64,000 bases of DNA from Thermodesulfobacteriota bacterium (GTDB taxonomy: Bacteria; Desulfobacterota_D; UBA1144; Nemesobacterales; UBA2774): NCBI GenBank assembly GCA_965216785.1, contig OZ244197.1, positions 1,728,001-1,792,000 of the forward strand. Reading direction: 5' to 3'. Below, in pieces: positions 51,224 to 61,727 of this stretch (positions are counted from its first letter, which is position 1; each line of letters opens with the position of its first letter). Made by a program: the position numbers and the translations under genes. The notes beneath the pieces were generated by a model. That model worked only from the letters and a program-made list of their open reading frames with translations, did no database searches and had not been told where the DNA came from.

Positions 51224-52132
51224 ATGAATATCAGCAAAAAAATTAGAAAAATTTATCATCAGATTAAAACAGTAAAACTCTATAATGACTCAAGAGATGA
51301 CCTGTCAATGGAAAAAGTGGAAAGGACATATGAATTTAAATCCCATGCGTTGGGACAGCAAATATTTTGCCCGTATTGCAATGGAGAGACCGTGATACAT
51401 TGGGAAAGTCTAAGTTTTTGGAAATGTTTGTCATGCAGCCTGGTCTTTCGTTTTCCCCTGCCTGACGGGCACAGTGTGGTAGAGCTGTATGAGGACAGCT
51501 GGAACGCTCCTTTTGAGAATAGGAGTGAGACTGGAGGGACCTCTCTTGATCTTGCGGTTGTCTACGCAAGGAAACTGGCGGACACCCTGGAGCTCAAGGA
51601 CTTCAAGGGGCTCAGGATCCTTGATTTTGGAGCCGGAAGGGGCGATGCGATGACTGCGCTATCCAGGCTGGGAGCCGACGTGTACGGGGTAGAGCCGTTT
51701 GGATACGAGGGTCTTGTTGAGAGGGGATTTAAGATGTTTCGGTTCCTGGATGATATTCCTGAAGGGATGACTTTTGACGGCATTATTACAATGGATGTGG
51801 TTGAGCACCTCACGACTCCCTGGGTTGAATTAAAGGGACTTAATAGTTTACTGAATAAAGATGGTTTTCTTTATATATCAACACCCAACGCCGATTCGCT
51901 AAGAGCGGTAGTCGAGCGTGAGAAATGGAGGGAAGCTTTAAGACCCGGCCATTTTGTGCTTTTTAACCAGAATTCTCTTGAGAACATGTTGGCAGACTTA
52001 GAATTTAAGAACATAAAGAGGCTCAGGTGGTATTTAAAGTACAATGAAAATAAAATTCATAATTTTTTGGGCTATATGCTGCAAACCGTTGGTATAGATG
52101 GTGAGCTGCGTTATTTAATAAGGAAATCATGA
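51224..52132 (+). CDS. Class I SAM-dependent methyltransferase
   Basis: N-terminal CxxC..CxxC, LDFGAGRG, DVVEH, STPN. Confidence 0.88.
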   Translation: MNISKKIRKIYHQIKTVKLYNDSRDDLSMEKVERTYEFKSHALGQQIFCPYCNGETVIHWESLSFWKCLSCSLVFRFPLPDGHSVVELYEDSWNAPFENRSETGGTSLDLAVVYARKLADTLELKDFKGLRILDFGAGRGDAMTALSRLGADVYGVEPFGYEGLVERGFKMFRFLDDIPEGMTFDGIITMDVVEHLTTPWVELKGLNSLLNKDGFLYISTPNADSLRAVVEREKWREALRPGHFVLFNQNSLENMLADLEFKNIKRLRWYLKYNENKIHNFLGYMLQTVGIDGELRYLIRKS

Positions 52133-53331
52133 GAGTACTCGTCGTACATAATTTTTATCAGCAGCCAGGTGGTGAGGATACGGTGTTTTCAGCCGAAACG
52201 GACCTTCTTCGCCGGCATGGTCATGAGGTTATTGAGTACACGGAAAGTAACGACAGTGTTAATTCCATGAATACCCTGAGTGCAGCCGTAAATACTATAT
52301 GGTCGCACCGCTCAAAAAGAAAGATGATTGATATTCTCGATAGGGTTAAACCAGATGTGGTGCACTTTCACAATACGTTTTTGCTCATATCTCCGTCCGC
52401 ATATTACGCGTGCAAAGAAAAGAACGTGCCGGTAATACAATCACTTCACAATCCAAGGCTGCTCTGTCCGGCTGCTAATCTTTACCGAGACGGAAAGGTA
52501 TGTGAGGACTGTGTGGGTAAAACTCCCCCGTGGCCCGGTGTGATACACGGGTGTTACAGGGACTCTAGGGCTCAAACCGCTATAGTCTCGACGATGCTGA
52601 CGCTGCACCGGATGCTCAAGACCTGGGATAAGGTCATAGATACTTTTATCGTATTTACCGAATTTTACAGAAAAAAGTTTATCCAAGGTGGGCTCCACTC
52701 TGAAAAGATTGCTTTAAAGCCCCACTTTGTCGATCCCGACCCGGGCTGCCGAAATGGTGAAAAAGGGGACTACGCGCTTTACATCGGTAGACTCGATAAG
52801 GAAAAGGGGATCCCGACATTACTCAAGGCCTGGCGGAACACCGACGACGTCCCGTTAAAAATAAGGGGTGACGGGAATCTTCTGGGTGAGGTTAACGATT
52901 ATATTAGCCGGAACGAAATTAAATCTGTCGAAATTGTAAAACGGCTTGAGAAGCTAGAGCTAAACGAGTTAATCAAAAAGGCCAGATTTTTGGTCTGGCC
53001 GTCTGAAGGTTATTACGAAACGTTCGGTTTAGTGGCAATAGAGGCGTTTGCCTGCGGCGTGCCGGTGATTGCTTCAAGGACCGGGACTTTAGCGGAAAAT
53101 GTAACGGACGGGTACACGGGACTGCACTTTGCCCCGGGCGATGTAGAGGATTTATCCGCGAAAGTAAATTGGGCATGGAGTAACCCGGACAAGATGGCAA
53201 AGATGGGTAGGGCCGCAAGAAAAGAATATGAAACTCATTATACGGCAGAGAAGAATTACAGGATGCTGCTCGATATATATGAAAGAGCGATTAGTGGTAA
53301 ATCATCCGGCGGCAAAGTGCATTTAGCCTGA
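52129..53331 (+). CDS. GT4 glycosyltransferase
   Basis: HNFYQQPGGED, GRLDKEKG, ETFGLVAIEA. Confidence 0.92.
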   Translation: MRVLVVHNFYQQPGGEDTVFSAETDLLRRHGHEVIEYTESNDSVNSMNTLSAAVNTIWSHRSKRKMIDILDRVKPDVVHFHNTFLLISPSAYYACKEKNVPVIQSLHNPRLLCPAANLYRDGKVCEDCVGKTPPWPGVIHGCYRDSRAQTAIVSTMLTLHRMLKTWDKVIDTFIVFTEFYRKKFIQGGLHSEKIALKPHFVDPDPGCRNGEKGDYALYIGRLDKEKGIPTLLKAWRNTDDVPLKIRGDGNLLGEVNDYISRNEIKSVEIVKRLEKLELNELIKKARFLVWPSEGYYETFGLVAIEAFACGVPVIASRTGTLAENVTDGYTGLHFAPGDVEDLSAKVNWAWSNPDKMAKMGRAARKEYETHYTAEKNYRMLLDIYERAISGKSSGGKVHLA

Positions 53332-53486
53332 ACTTCCTGAAACATCAATAAACTGACTGATTCTTAGGTCAGGGTTATCAAATCTGAACATATAAACATA
53401 TAAATCACGTGGAGAATCGGAAATTGTATATTCCCGTTCTTCTCAGTCCCATTGGTTGATAATGAGCTAAATGAGGAAGAAATTCA

Positions 53487-54254
53487 ATGAGCGAAAATAA
53501 GTGCGATAGTTACAAAATACTGGGCGTTAATGTAGCCGCGGTCCAGATAAGCGACGTAATCGGGCAGATGGACGAGTGGATAGAAGAGAAGAGCTTTGGG
53601 CATTATATCGCGGTCACGAATACGCATGTTGTGACCGAATCCTGGTTCAACCCGGAATATAGGAAAGTTCTAAATACGGCCGATTTTGTTGTTCCCGACG
53701 GAATGCCTTTGGTTTGGCTGGCGAGGTTGGGTGGATATCCCCTCAAACGCCGGGTTTACGGTCCGGAACTTATGGAAACTTTCATTAAAGAAAACGGCCG
53801 GAAGCGCCGGCACTTCATCTACGGAGGTAAGCCCGGCACGCCCGAGAGGCTTATAGAAAATCTATCGGAAAGCTATCCGGGGATACATTTTGTCGGCAGT
53901 TATTCACCCCCGTTCCGTCAGTTAACCCAAGAGGAGGACAGGGAAGTTGTCGACATGATAAACGATCTTGAGCCCGACGTCATTTGGGTAGGTCTTGGAG
54001 CGCCGAAGCAGGAAAAATGGATGCACGATCACAGACACTTAATTCAATCGCCGATTATGGTGGGGGTCGGGGCGGCATTTGATTTCCTGGCTGGCGAGAA
54101 ATCACAGGCCCCTTCATTCTTCAGGGAAAACGGTTTTGAATGGTTATGGCGCTTGATGAGCGAGCCCCGCCGCCTTTGGCGCAGATACCTTGTCTACGGA
54201 CCGCTTTTTATAGGTTTGGTAATGCTTGAGAAAATGAGAATTTTAAAAATTTGA
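53487..54254 (+). CDS. WecB/TagA/CpsF-family (GT26) glycosyltransferase
   Basis: PDGMP, RVYGPEL, GLGAPKQE, GVGAAFDF, EWLWRL..EPRRLWRRY. Confidence 0.93.
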   Translation: MSENKCDSYKILGVNVAAVQISDVIGQMDEWIEEKSFGHYIAVTNTHVVTESWFNPEYRKVLNTADFVVPDGMPLVWLARLGGYPLKRRVYGPELMETFIKENGRKRRHFIYGGKPGTPERLIENLSESYPGIHFVGSYSPPFRQLTQEEDREVVDMINDLEPDVIWVGLGAPKQEKWMHDHRHLIQSPIMVGVGAAFDFLAGEKSQAPSFFRENGFEWLWRLMSEPRRLWRRYLVYGPLFIGLVMLEKMRILKI

Positions 54255-54298
54255 GACTAAATAACTGAAATCGAGTGGATTTCGGGAGGAGTAAGATC

Positions 54299-55348
54299 AT
54301 GAAAAAAAAGATCCTCATTACGGGAGGCAGCGGCTTTATCGGCTCCCATTTATGCGAAAGGTTACTAGCTGAGAGAAACGAAGTAATCTGCGTGGATAAT
54401 TTTTTTACTGGAACAAAATACAACATTAAGGATATGCTGGGGAATCCGTATTTTGAGCTTGTTCGGCATGATATATGTTTTCCCCTATATATGGAAGTGG
54501 ATGAAATATATAACCTTGCCTGTCCTGCTTCTCCCATCCACTATCAATTTGACCCTGTACAAACGACAAAGGTAAACGTGCTCGGAGCCATAAATATGCT
54601 GGGTCTGGCCAAAAGACTGAAGGTAAAGATTTTTCAGGCCTCAACCAGCGAGGTTTACGGTGACCCCGCTGTTCATCCTCAACGTGAAGAGTATTGGGGG
54701 AATGTAAATCCCATCGGTACCAGGTCATGTTACGATGAAGGGAAAAGATGCGCGGAAACCCTGTTTTTCGATTACAACCGCCAGCACGGGATAGATATCA
54801 GAGTGGCCAGGATTTTCAATACTTACGGCCCCAGAATGCATCCCCGAGACGGCAGGGTGGTTAGCAATTTCATCATACAGGCCCTATTGGGGAACCCCAT
54901 AACTATTTACGGACAGGGGCTTCAGACAAGGTCTTTTTGTTACGTTGACGATCTGGTTAAAGGCATTATCGGCCTGATGAACCTGCCCGAAGGGTTTACG
55001 GGGCCTGTCAACATTGGAAACCCTGTGGAGAAAACCATAATCGAGCTTGCGGAAAAGATTATCGATCTGACAGGTTCTCGATCAGAGCTCGTTTTTCAAC
55101 CGCTGCCCGCCGATGATCCCGTAAGGAGAAAACCGGATATCCAACTTGCAAACGAAAAACTTGATTGGGCGCCCGAGGTTGATCTTGAGACAGGGCTTAC
55201 AAAAACAATCGAGTATTTTGATGAGTTTCTCCGCTCGAGCAAAGGACAGGACATTGTTGATACTCAAGGAGAACAAACGGACGGGAAGTGGAGACAAAAA
55301 AATATAAACGCTATTCCGTTAAAGGAATCTGCGACGACCGCGTCTTGA
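54299..55348 (+). CDS. UDP-glucuronate decarboxylase (UDP-xylose synthase)
   Basis: [42 protein letters not shown]. Confidence 0.93.
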   Translation: MKKKILITGGSGFIGSHLCERLLAERNEVICVDNFFTGTKYNIKDMLGNPYFELVRHDICFPLYMEVDEIYNLACPASPIHYQFDPVQTTKVNVLGAINMLGLAKRLKVKIFQASTSEVYGDPAVHPQREEYWGNVNPIGTRSCYDEGKRCAETLFFDYNRQHGIDIRVARIFNTYGPRMHPRDGRVVSNFIIQALLGNPITIYGQGLQTRSFCYVDDLVKGIIGLMNLPEGFTGPVNIGNPVEKTIIELAEKIIDLTGSRSELVFQPLPADDPVRRKPDIQLANEKLDWAPEVDLETGLTKTIEYFDEFLRSSKGQDIVDTQGEQTDGKWRQKNINAIPLKESATTAS

Positions 55349-55373
55349 CAGTATATTTGGCCGGATAAAGAAA

Positions 55374-56363
55374 ATGAATCAAAATCATCCAAAAATTAGC
55401 CTGGGCATGCCCGTTTTTAACGGAGAAAACTATATAGAGCCCGCGATCCGCTCAATAATGGCTCAAACGTATTCGGATTTTGAGCTTATTATTGCCGATA
55501 ATGCTTCTCAGGACCGCACCGAGGAGATATGCCGTCAGTACTCTGAAAAAGACAGCCGGATTCGATATTATCGCAATGATTCTAACATTGGCGCCGCGAG
55601 GAACTTTAACCTTACCGTCGAGCTCGCAAAAGGTGAATTCTTCAAGTGGGCGGCCCATGACGATACGCTCGCCCCTGAGTATTTGAAGAGATGTCTTGAA
55701 GTACTGGAACAAGACGAGTCTCTGATCCTTAGTTTCCCGAAAACAATTTTAGTAAATCATAGCGGAGATACGCTCGGTAAATACGAAGTACATATGAGCA
55801 ATATCTCTTCTAAGAGACCACAAGCCAGATTCAGGGACTTGGTATTTGTGAGCCACTGGGGGATCGAGATTTTCGGTTTATTCAGAAAGAGTGTTTTAGA
55901 TGCTACTAATTTGCTGGCCAGCTTTCCGGGATCCGACAGGACCTTCATGGCCGAGCTTAGTTTGGTGGGCCGGATGTATGAAATTCCTGAATACCTCTTT
56001 TATTCAAGGGACCATTCCGAAAGATCCACCAAGACCGGAACGATACACTCGCGCGCGGGGTGGTGGGATACAAAAAATACGGGTCAGACCGTGTTTCCAC
56101 AGTGGAGGCTCTTTTATGAGCTTATTAGAATTGTAAAGAACGCCCGGATATCGCCTAAAGAGCGGGCGGCATGCTATATGTATATGGCAAAATGGCCTGC
56201 TTCAAGCCTTAACTGGGTGCGAATGATTATGGATTTGGCTACGGCTGTTGAGCCAAGGTCATGGGAGTATGCCCAATGGCTTAAAAGGAAATTTTCAAAA
56301 AAGGGTAAAAATGAGGTCAGAGATACGAAAGAAGATTTAATGTCCCAGAACCTCAAGTCTTAA
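55374..56363 (+). CDS. GT2 glycosyltransferase
   Basis: GMPVFNG, DNAS.D.T, FKWAAHDD. Confidence 0.92.
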   Translation: MNQNHPKISLGMPVFNGENYIEPAIRSIMAQTYSDFELIIADNASQDRTEEICRQYSEKDSRIRYYRNDSNIGAARNFNLTVELAKGEFFKWAAHDDTLAPEYLKRCLEVLEQDESLILSFPKTILVNHSGDTLGKYEVHMSNISSKRPQARFRDLVFVSHWGIEIFGLFRKSVLDATNLLASFPGSDRTFMAELSLVGRMYEIPEYLFYSRDHSERSTKTGTIHSRAGWWDTKNTGQTVFPQWRLFYELIRIVKNARISPKERAACYMYMAKWPASSLNWVRMIMDLATAVEPRSWEYAQWLKRKFSKKGKNEVRDTKEDLMSQNLKS

Positions 56364-56416
56364 ATTTTCATTCCATTAATAAAATTTTTCAAACCATGTA
56401 TAAGGAGGGACAAGCT

Positions 56417-57190
56417 ATGAAGGTAGCTATTCTCGCCGGAGGTTACGGATCGCGTCTTGCCGAAGAGACCGAGGTTAAACCCAAGCCTATGATAGATATA
56501 GGGGGGCGTCCGATACTTTGGCACATAATGAGGCATTACGCGCATTATGGATATGACGAATTTGTCATCGCCCTTGGATACAAGGGTGAAGTGATAAAAA
56601 AATATATGGCCGATTACTGTTCTTTGAACGGAAATCTCAGGGTAAGGCTCGGTACCGGGGAAATAGAGACAAACGGCGGATTCAGGCCTAATTGGACCGT
56701 AGATCTGGTAGATACCGGAGTGCCTACTCTGACAGGCGGTAGGATCAAGCGTCTCGCGCCTTATATAGGCAACGAGACGTTCATGCTGACCTGGGGAGAC
56801 GGGGTCTCAGATGTGAATCTGGACGATCTATTGGAGTTTCACCGCTCACACGGCAAGCTCGCCACTATGACGGCCGTGCGCCCCACTGCACGTTACGGCC
56901 ATCTTGACCTGAATGGAAGCCAGGTTTTGGTTTTCTCGGAAAAACCACAAGCAGAGGAAGGATGGATAAACGGAGCCTTTTTTGTTCTCGAGCCCGAGGT
57001 GTTTGATTACATTGAGGGCGATGAGACTATGTGGGAGCGTGAGCCGCTTGAACGGCTAGCGCAAGAAGGCGAGCTTATGGCATACAAGCACGATTCTTTC
57101 TGGCAATGTATGGACACTTTACGGGAAAAACACTTACTGGAGAAGCTTTGGCAGAGTGGAAATCCACCTTGGAAAATTTGGAGGGATTAA
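56417..57190 (+). CDS. rfbF: Glucose-1-phosphate cytidylyltransferase
   Basis: ILAGGYGSRLAEET..KPKPM, TGGRIKR, WQCMDTLR. Confidence 0.93.
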   Translation: MKVAILAGGYGSRLAEETEVKPKPMIDIGGRPILWHIMRHYAHYGYDEFVIALGYKGEVIKKYMADYCSLNGNLRVRLGTGEIETNGGFRPNWTVDLVDTGVPTLTGGRIKRLAPYIGNETFMLTWGDGVSDVNLDDLLEFHRSHGKLATMTAVRPTARYGHLDLNGSQVLVFSEKPQAEEGWINGAFFVLEPEVFDYIEGDETMWEREPLERLAQEGELMAYKHDSFWQCMDTLREKHLLEKLWQSGNPPWKIWRD

Positions 57191-57191
57191 A

Positions 57192-58250
57192 ATGCGTATA
57201 TTAGTTACAGGACATAAAGGATATATCGGTACTGTTATGGTGCCAATGCTCTTGGAGAGGGGGCATGAGGTAGTCGGACTTGACAGCGATCTATATGAGA
57301 GGTGCAACTTCGGTGATTTGGATTCTGAAGTTCCATCTATCAGAAAAGATGTAAGGGACGTCGAGATCTCCGATCTTGAAGGGTTTGACGCTGTGGTGCA
57401 TTTAGCGGGCCTATCGAATGATCCGCTTGGGGATTTAAATCCCGATCTGACGTACGAGATAAATTACTTGGCATCTCTTAATCTGGCCAGGCTGGCGAAA
57501 ACCGCTGGGATCAGGCGTTTTGTTTTTTCGTCTTCCTGTAGTAACTACGGGGCCTCGGGCGAAAATATGATAGACGAAGGAGCGGAATTCAATCCCGTTA
57601 CTCCATACGGACGCTCCAAAGTCCTTGTAGAAAGGGATGTTTCTAAGTTGGCGGACTCAAAGTTCAGTCCGACCTTCCTTAGAAACGCGACCGCGTACGG
57701 GCTCTCGCCTCGTCTTCGTTTCGATCTTGTGCTGAATAATCTGGTCGCCTGGGCTTTTACAACCGGTCAGGTACATCTGAAAAGTGACGGGACTCCATGG
57801 CGTCCTATTGTGCATATAGAGGACATATCGCTTGCTTGTATTGCGGTATTAAACGCGCCGATCGAGCTTGTGCATAACGAAGCGTTTAATGTAGGGAATA
57901 CCGATGAGAATTATCAGATACGCGAGCTTGCGGAAATAGTAAAAGAAACCGTTCCGGGTTCCCAGGTCGATTTTGCTGAGGGCGCCGGACCCGATAAGCG
58001 CTGTTATCGAGTGGACTGCGGTAAGTTGGAACGTACTCTGCCCGAGTATAAACCCGTATGGACCGCGAGGCGCGGAGCAAAGCAGCTATACGAAGCTTAC
58101 CAAAAAATCGGTCTTCGGCTTGATGATTTTGAAGGACCGAGATACAGGCGCATAGATCATATAAAGGAGCTTATTTCCAATGGGAATTTAAGCACCGATT
58201 TGCGCTGGACAGAGGAATTCGATGCCAAAACCGCTGTTGGAACGGAGTGA
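57192..58250 (+). CDS. Extended SDR NAD-dependent epimerase/dehydratase
   Basis: TGHKGYIG, HLAGLSND, SSSCS.YG, YGRSK. Confidence 0.9.
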   Translation: MRILVTGHKGYIGTVMVPMLLERGHEVVGLDSDLYERCNFGDLDSEVPSIRKDVRDVEISDLEGFDAVVHLAGLSNDPLGDLNPDLTYEINYLASLNLARLAKTAGIRRFVFSSSCSNYGASGENMIDEGAEFNPVTPYGRSKVLVERDVSKLADSKFSPTFLRNATAYGLSPRLRFDLVLNNLVAWAFTTGQVHLKSDGTPWRPIVHIEDISLACIAVLNAPIELVHNEAFNVGNTDENYQIRELAEIVKETVPGSQVDFAEGAGPDKRCYRVDCGKLERTLPEYKPVWTARRGAKQLYEAYQKIGLRLDDFEGPRYRRIDHIKELISNGNLSTDLRWTEEFDAKTAVGTE

Positions 58251-58253
58251 ACA

Positions 58254-59489
58254 ATGAAAATATACGAAGAAATTCAACAATGTCGCTCGTGCGGCCACAA
58301 TGAGCTTGATCTTGTGATCTCTTTTGGAGAGACGACCCTTGCCGACCGTCTTCTTACGCAAGATCAACTACAAGACCCGGAGCTCAAAGTACCACTGAAC
58401 CTGGTTTTTTGTCCCAACTGCTCCCTTGTTCAGATTACGGAGACTGTTTCACCTGAAATTCTGTTTTGTCAGGATTACCCGTATTTCTCCTCCACCTCTC
58501 AGGCGCTCCTTCGTCATTCCAAGGACAACGCCGAGGAGCTCATATCCTCCAGGAATCTTGATTCCAGTAGTTTGGTGATAGAGGTCGCTAGTAATGACGG
58601 GTATATGCTTAGAAATTTTGTCGAGCATAATATCCCTGTTCTGGGCATTGACCCTGCTGATGGGCCTGCCGGTGAGGCAAGAAAAGCGGGCATTCCTACA
58701 CTTTGTACGTTCTTCGATAAACAACTAGCGGAGAACATATCTCAGCAAAATATGTTTGCGGATGTTTTAATCGCTAATAATGTACTTGCGCACGTGGCGG
58801 ACTTGAACGGATTTGTAGATGCTGTTGGTACGGTTTTAAAAGAAGATGGTGTAGCTGTGATCGAGGTTCCGTACATAGAGGACCTGATTCAAAAATGCGA
58901 ATTCGATACTATCTATCACCAGCATCTTTGTTACTTTTCGGTTACGGCGCTGGACAAACTATTCAGGGACCACGGGCTTTATCTTAACAGTGTAAGAAGG
59001 ATCTCCATTCATGGGGGCTCTTTGCGGCTATTCGTGGAAAAGCGGGAGTCGCCGGATGAAAATATCACAAATCTTTTGAGACAGGAAATGGCGGCGGGCA
59101 TGGAAGGGCTCGGCTACTACTCGCGCTTTGCAGAGCGCGTGAATGAGGTGAAAGACTCGCTCTCTTTAATGCTGGCGGAGCTGAAAGCTAAAAGATCTAG
59201 CCTTGCCGCGTACGGTGCAGCCGCAAAAGCGACTACGCTTCTCAGTTACTGCGGCATCGATGGTAATGATTTGGACTTTATCGTGGATTTAAACTCATTC
59301 AAGCACGGAAGGTATATGGGCGGGAACCATTTGCCTATATTGCCAACCGATAAATTACTTGAGCAGATGCCTGATTACGTTCTGCTTTTAGCCTGGAACT
59401 TCGCAGATGAAATCCTCAGTCAGCAGGAAGCGTACAGACAAAGAGGGGGGAAGTTCATTATTCCCATTCCCTATCCTTCTATCGCTTAA
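58254..59489 (+). CDS. NDP-hexose C-methyltransferase
   Basis: CRSC..CPNC Zn site, [34 protein letters not shown]. Confidence 0.9.
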   Translation: MKIYEEIQQCRSCGHNELDLVISFGETTLADRLLTQDQLQDPELKVPLNLVFCPNCSLVQITETVSPEILFCQDYPYFSSTSQALLRHSKDNAEELISSRNLDSSSLVIEVASNDGYMLRNFVEHNIPVLGIDPADGPAGEARKAGIPTLCTFFDKQLAENISQQNMFADVLIANNVLAHVADLNGFVDAVGTVLKEDGVAVIEVPYIEDLIQKCEFDTIYHQHLCYFSVTALDKLFRDHGLYLNSVRRISIHGGSLRLFVEKRESPDENITNLLRQEMAAGMEGLGYYSRFAERVNEVKDSLSLMLAELKAKRSSLAAYGAAAKATTLLSYCGIDGNDLDFIVDLNSFKHGRYMGGNHLPILPTDKLLEQMPDYVLLLAWNFADEILSQQEAYRQRGGKFIIPIPYPSIA

Positions 59490-59505
59490 CGGATGAAAAC
59501 AGAAC

Positions 59506-60600
59506 ATGCATATAACGAAGCTTAGCAGATTATTCAGAAAAGTAAGGACAAAAACCTTAAGTTTTATACCGAAAAACGATATTGTAGCGGGTCTGCCCGA
59601 AGGTCTTTGCTTTGATGAACTTAACGAATTGTGCCTTCTTTCCCTCAGAGAGCCTTTGCTGTGTGTATCGCACTGCTCGCTTTCAGGGTGGAAAAAGTCC
59701 AATACATATCGACTAATGCTTGAAACAGAGAATAGAGGTAAATGGAGTTTAATCTATAAGAACGCCGCATATCAGCACGAGATGATCCCGGCGCTCAGTA
59801 GCCTGCCGATACATCCGGGACCCCCGGAATATACAATTTACAGTAAAGCCAATGGGGAGATTATTAAATACCTGCCTGCGATTCATATGTGCCGTGAAGT
59901 AATACCCGGTCTTCATTACAGGTATCTGATGCAGGATTTGAGCAAGCATTACCGTGCGGCTCGCAATAAAGACATCCTGTCCATAACATCCGAGTTGGCC
60001 CAATTGTATGATAATCTCGGGGAATGCGAATTTAATTTAAACGAAGATACCTTTATTATTTATAATGAGGGTCTATGCGCGGAGCTTAAAACCTACATTT
60101 TAGAGGGCCTTCAGCGATATTGTGATGTGGTAAACGGTACAGCTGTGAATTGGGCTTGTGATAATTGGGAAAAAATTTCAGCCTTATACGATGAAAAATA
60201 CGGCTATTCAGCTCTAAATACGATAATACACGGTGACTCGAACCTCGCGAATATTCTCATACACAATCAAAACGGCGACAAAATAAAGTTTATCGACTGG
60301 GAATGGGCGGGGATCGGGCTTGTGCATCAGGATCTGGCGTCTCTTCTTAAAAGGGCCAACCCGGCTGTCGAGGAGGCCGCTCTTGAAATCTTCTCAAAAT
60401 ACGACCGGAGCCTTTCGAGCGGGGAGCATCGAAGACTGTATGAGCTCTGCCAGCTGGAGCGCGGTTTGATAGATTGCGCCTTTTTGGCCAACCAAGTTAT
60501 AGAGTCAAGTGACAAGACCAAAATCGATATCGCGGGCTACATAGAGGATTCAGCTTCCAGGGTTATGGGAGCCTATAACAAGCTGAACCGGGGTTTTTAG
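59506..60600 (+). CDS. Aminoglycoside/choline-kinase-family phosphotransferase
   Basis: IIHGDSNLANI, FIDWEWAGIG...DLA. Confidence 0.8.
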   Translation: MHITKLSRLFRKVRTKTLSFIPKNDIVAGLPEGLCFDELNELCLLSLREPLLCVSHCSLSGWKKSNTYRLMLETENRGKWSLIYKNAAYQHEMIPALSSLPIHPGPPEYTIYSKANGEIIKYLPAIHMCREVIPGLHYRYLMQDLSKHYRAARNKDILSITSELAQLYDNLGECEFNLNEDTFIIYNEGLCAELKTYILEGLQRYCDVVNGTAVNWACDNWEKISALYDEKYGYSALNTIIHGDSNLANILIHNQNGDKIKFIDWEWAGIGLVHQDLASLLKRANPAVEEAALEIFSKYDRSLSSGEHRRLYELCQLERGLIDCAFLANQVIESSDKTKIDIAGYIEDSASRVMGAYNKLNRGF

Positions 60601-60653
60601 CTCTTTCCCATATTTTAACTACCTCAAATTACAAAGGGATTTAACAGCCTATC

Positions 60654-61718
60654 ATGTATGAGAACGATGAGTTTGAACTGTGGAACTTAGCTCCTGACAG
60701 TGCCGCATTAACCGGTGCCCAGACCATATTTAATCTTCTGGGGAGGATAAAGCGCCCTGATAAGATTAAAAGTATCACATATTCGATTAACGGCAGTCCC
60801 GAGAGAGCAATATTTTTTAAATACTTGAAAAACTGTTCCGAGAGGCTTATGCGCCCGGGCGATTTTAACATTGATACAATACGGATTGAGGACCTCGGAC
60901 CGAAAAACCGATTGGAGTTTAGGTTGGACCTGGGAGCTGAAGAAAAAAAATATGAAATCAATTTTGCAACTCGTTTGAACAGTGAAGCAACACAGCGTTT
61001 TAGGCTTGACTTGTCAGAGGCGAGCTATCCTCAAGAGGTCGGGCAGATAGTTGACGGCAGGTGGCTATGCAGCAGAGACGAGCACTCAGAGCCCTGTCTC
61101 GAGATTAAAAAGCAGGATGCCGGTCTCGATAGAATTATTCTCTTCGGACGGCATGACTGGACTTCAGACTATGAAATTACGGCTAGGCTGTGCGTAACTT
61201 CCTGGACACATATTACACACAACGTAGGGTTGCTCTTTAAGTGGAATCCCCATCTTCAGGGGGACGGCAGCTGTTTGCCTGCACAGTGGTCTACGGGGCT
61301 GGGTTACTATTATTCACTGTCTAAGGGTTTGAGAATTCGTTTCGGCCATAATGTGCACATCGATACTAACGGTAATAAGAAGGGAGACTATGTTTTAAAG
61401 GAAAAACCGCTTTCTCTATACCGTTACCTTAAAGGCAATATCATTAAGCTTTCTCTTCCATTCTTAAAACTGGTAAACGGCAATTCAGATCTGGTGGTAA
61501 ACCCTTTTTCTCAGATAGTTCCCGGCAGGCAATATCTTTTTAGAATGCGGGTCCATCGTGAAAAGTACACTCTTACGGTTTGGGAGAAAGGAAAGATCGA
61601 GCCTTCTCCACAGTTAGTGGTGTGTGAGCCGCTTGAAATATTACCACAGGGTTCAGTTGGAATAATCGCTTATAACTGCGGTGTGAGAGTATACGAATTT
61701 GATGTTTCTCCAATATAG
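60654..61718 (+). CDS. Hypothetical protein, possibly lectin-like beta-sandwich
   Basis: Long co-oriented ORF; WTSDYEITAR and GSVGI segments are reminiscent of concanavalin/DUF1080-like folds. Confidence 0.6.
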   Translation: MYENDEFELWNLAPDSAALTGAQTIFNLLGRIKRPDKIKSITYSINGSPERAIFFKYLKNCSERLMRPGDFNIDTIRIEDLGPKNRLEFRLDLGAEEKKYEINFATRLNSEATQRFRLDLSEASYPQEVGQIVDGRWLCSRDEHSEPCLEIKKQDAGLDRIILFGRHDWTSDYEITARLCVTSWTHITHNVGLLFKWNPHLQGDGSCLPAQWSTGLGYYYSLSKGLRIRFGHNVHIDTNGNKKGDYVLKEKPLSLYRYLKGNIIKLSLPFLKLVNGNSDLVVNPFSQIVPGRQYLFRMRVHREKYTLTVWEKGKIEPSPQLVVCEPLEILPQGSVGIIAYNCGVRVYEFDVSPI

Positions 61719-61727
61719 AAAGGAAAC

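Noticed and set aside
53332-53486. Structured RNA in the GT4-GT26 gap
   Set aside because: Only weak imperfect hairpins; no promoter/terminator pair recognised
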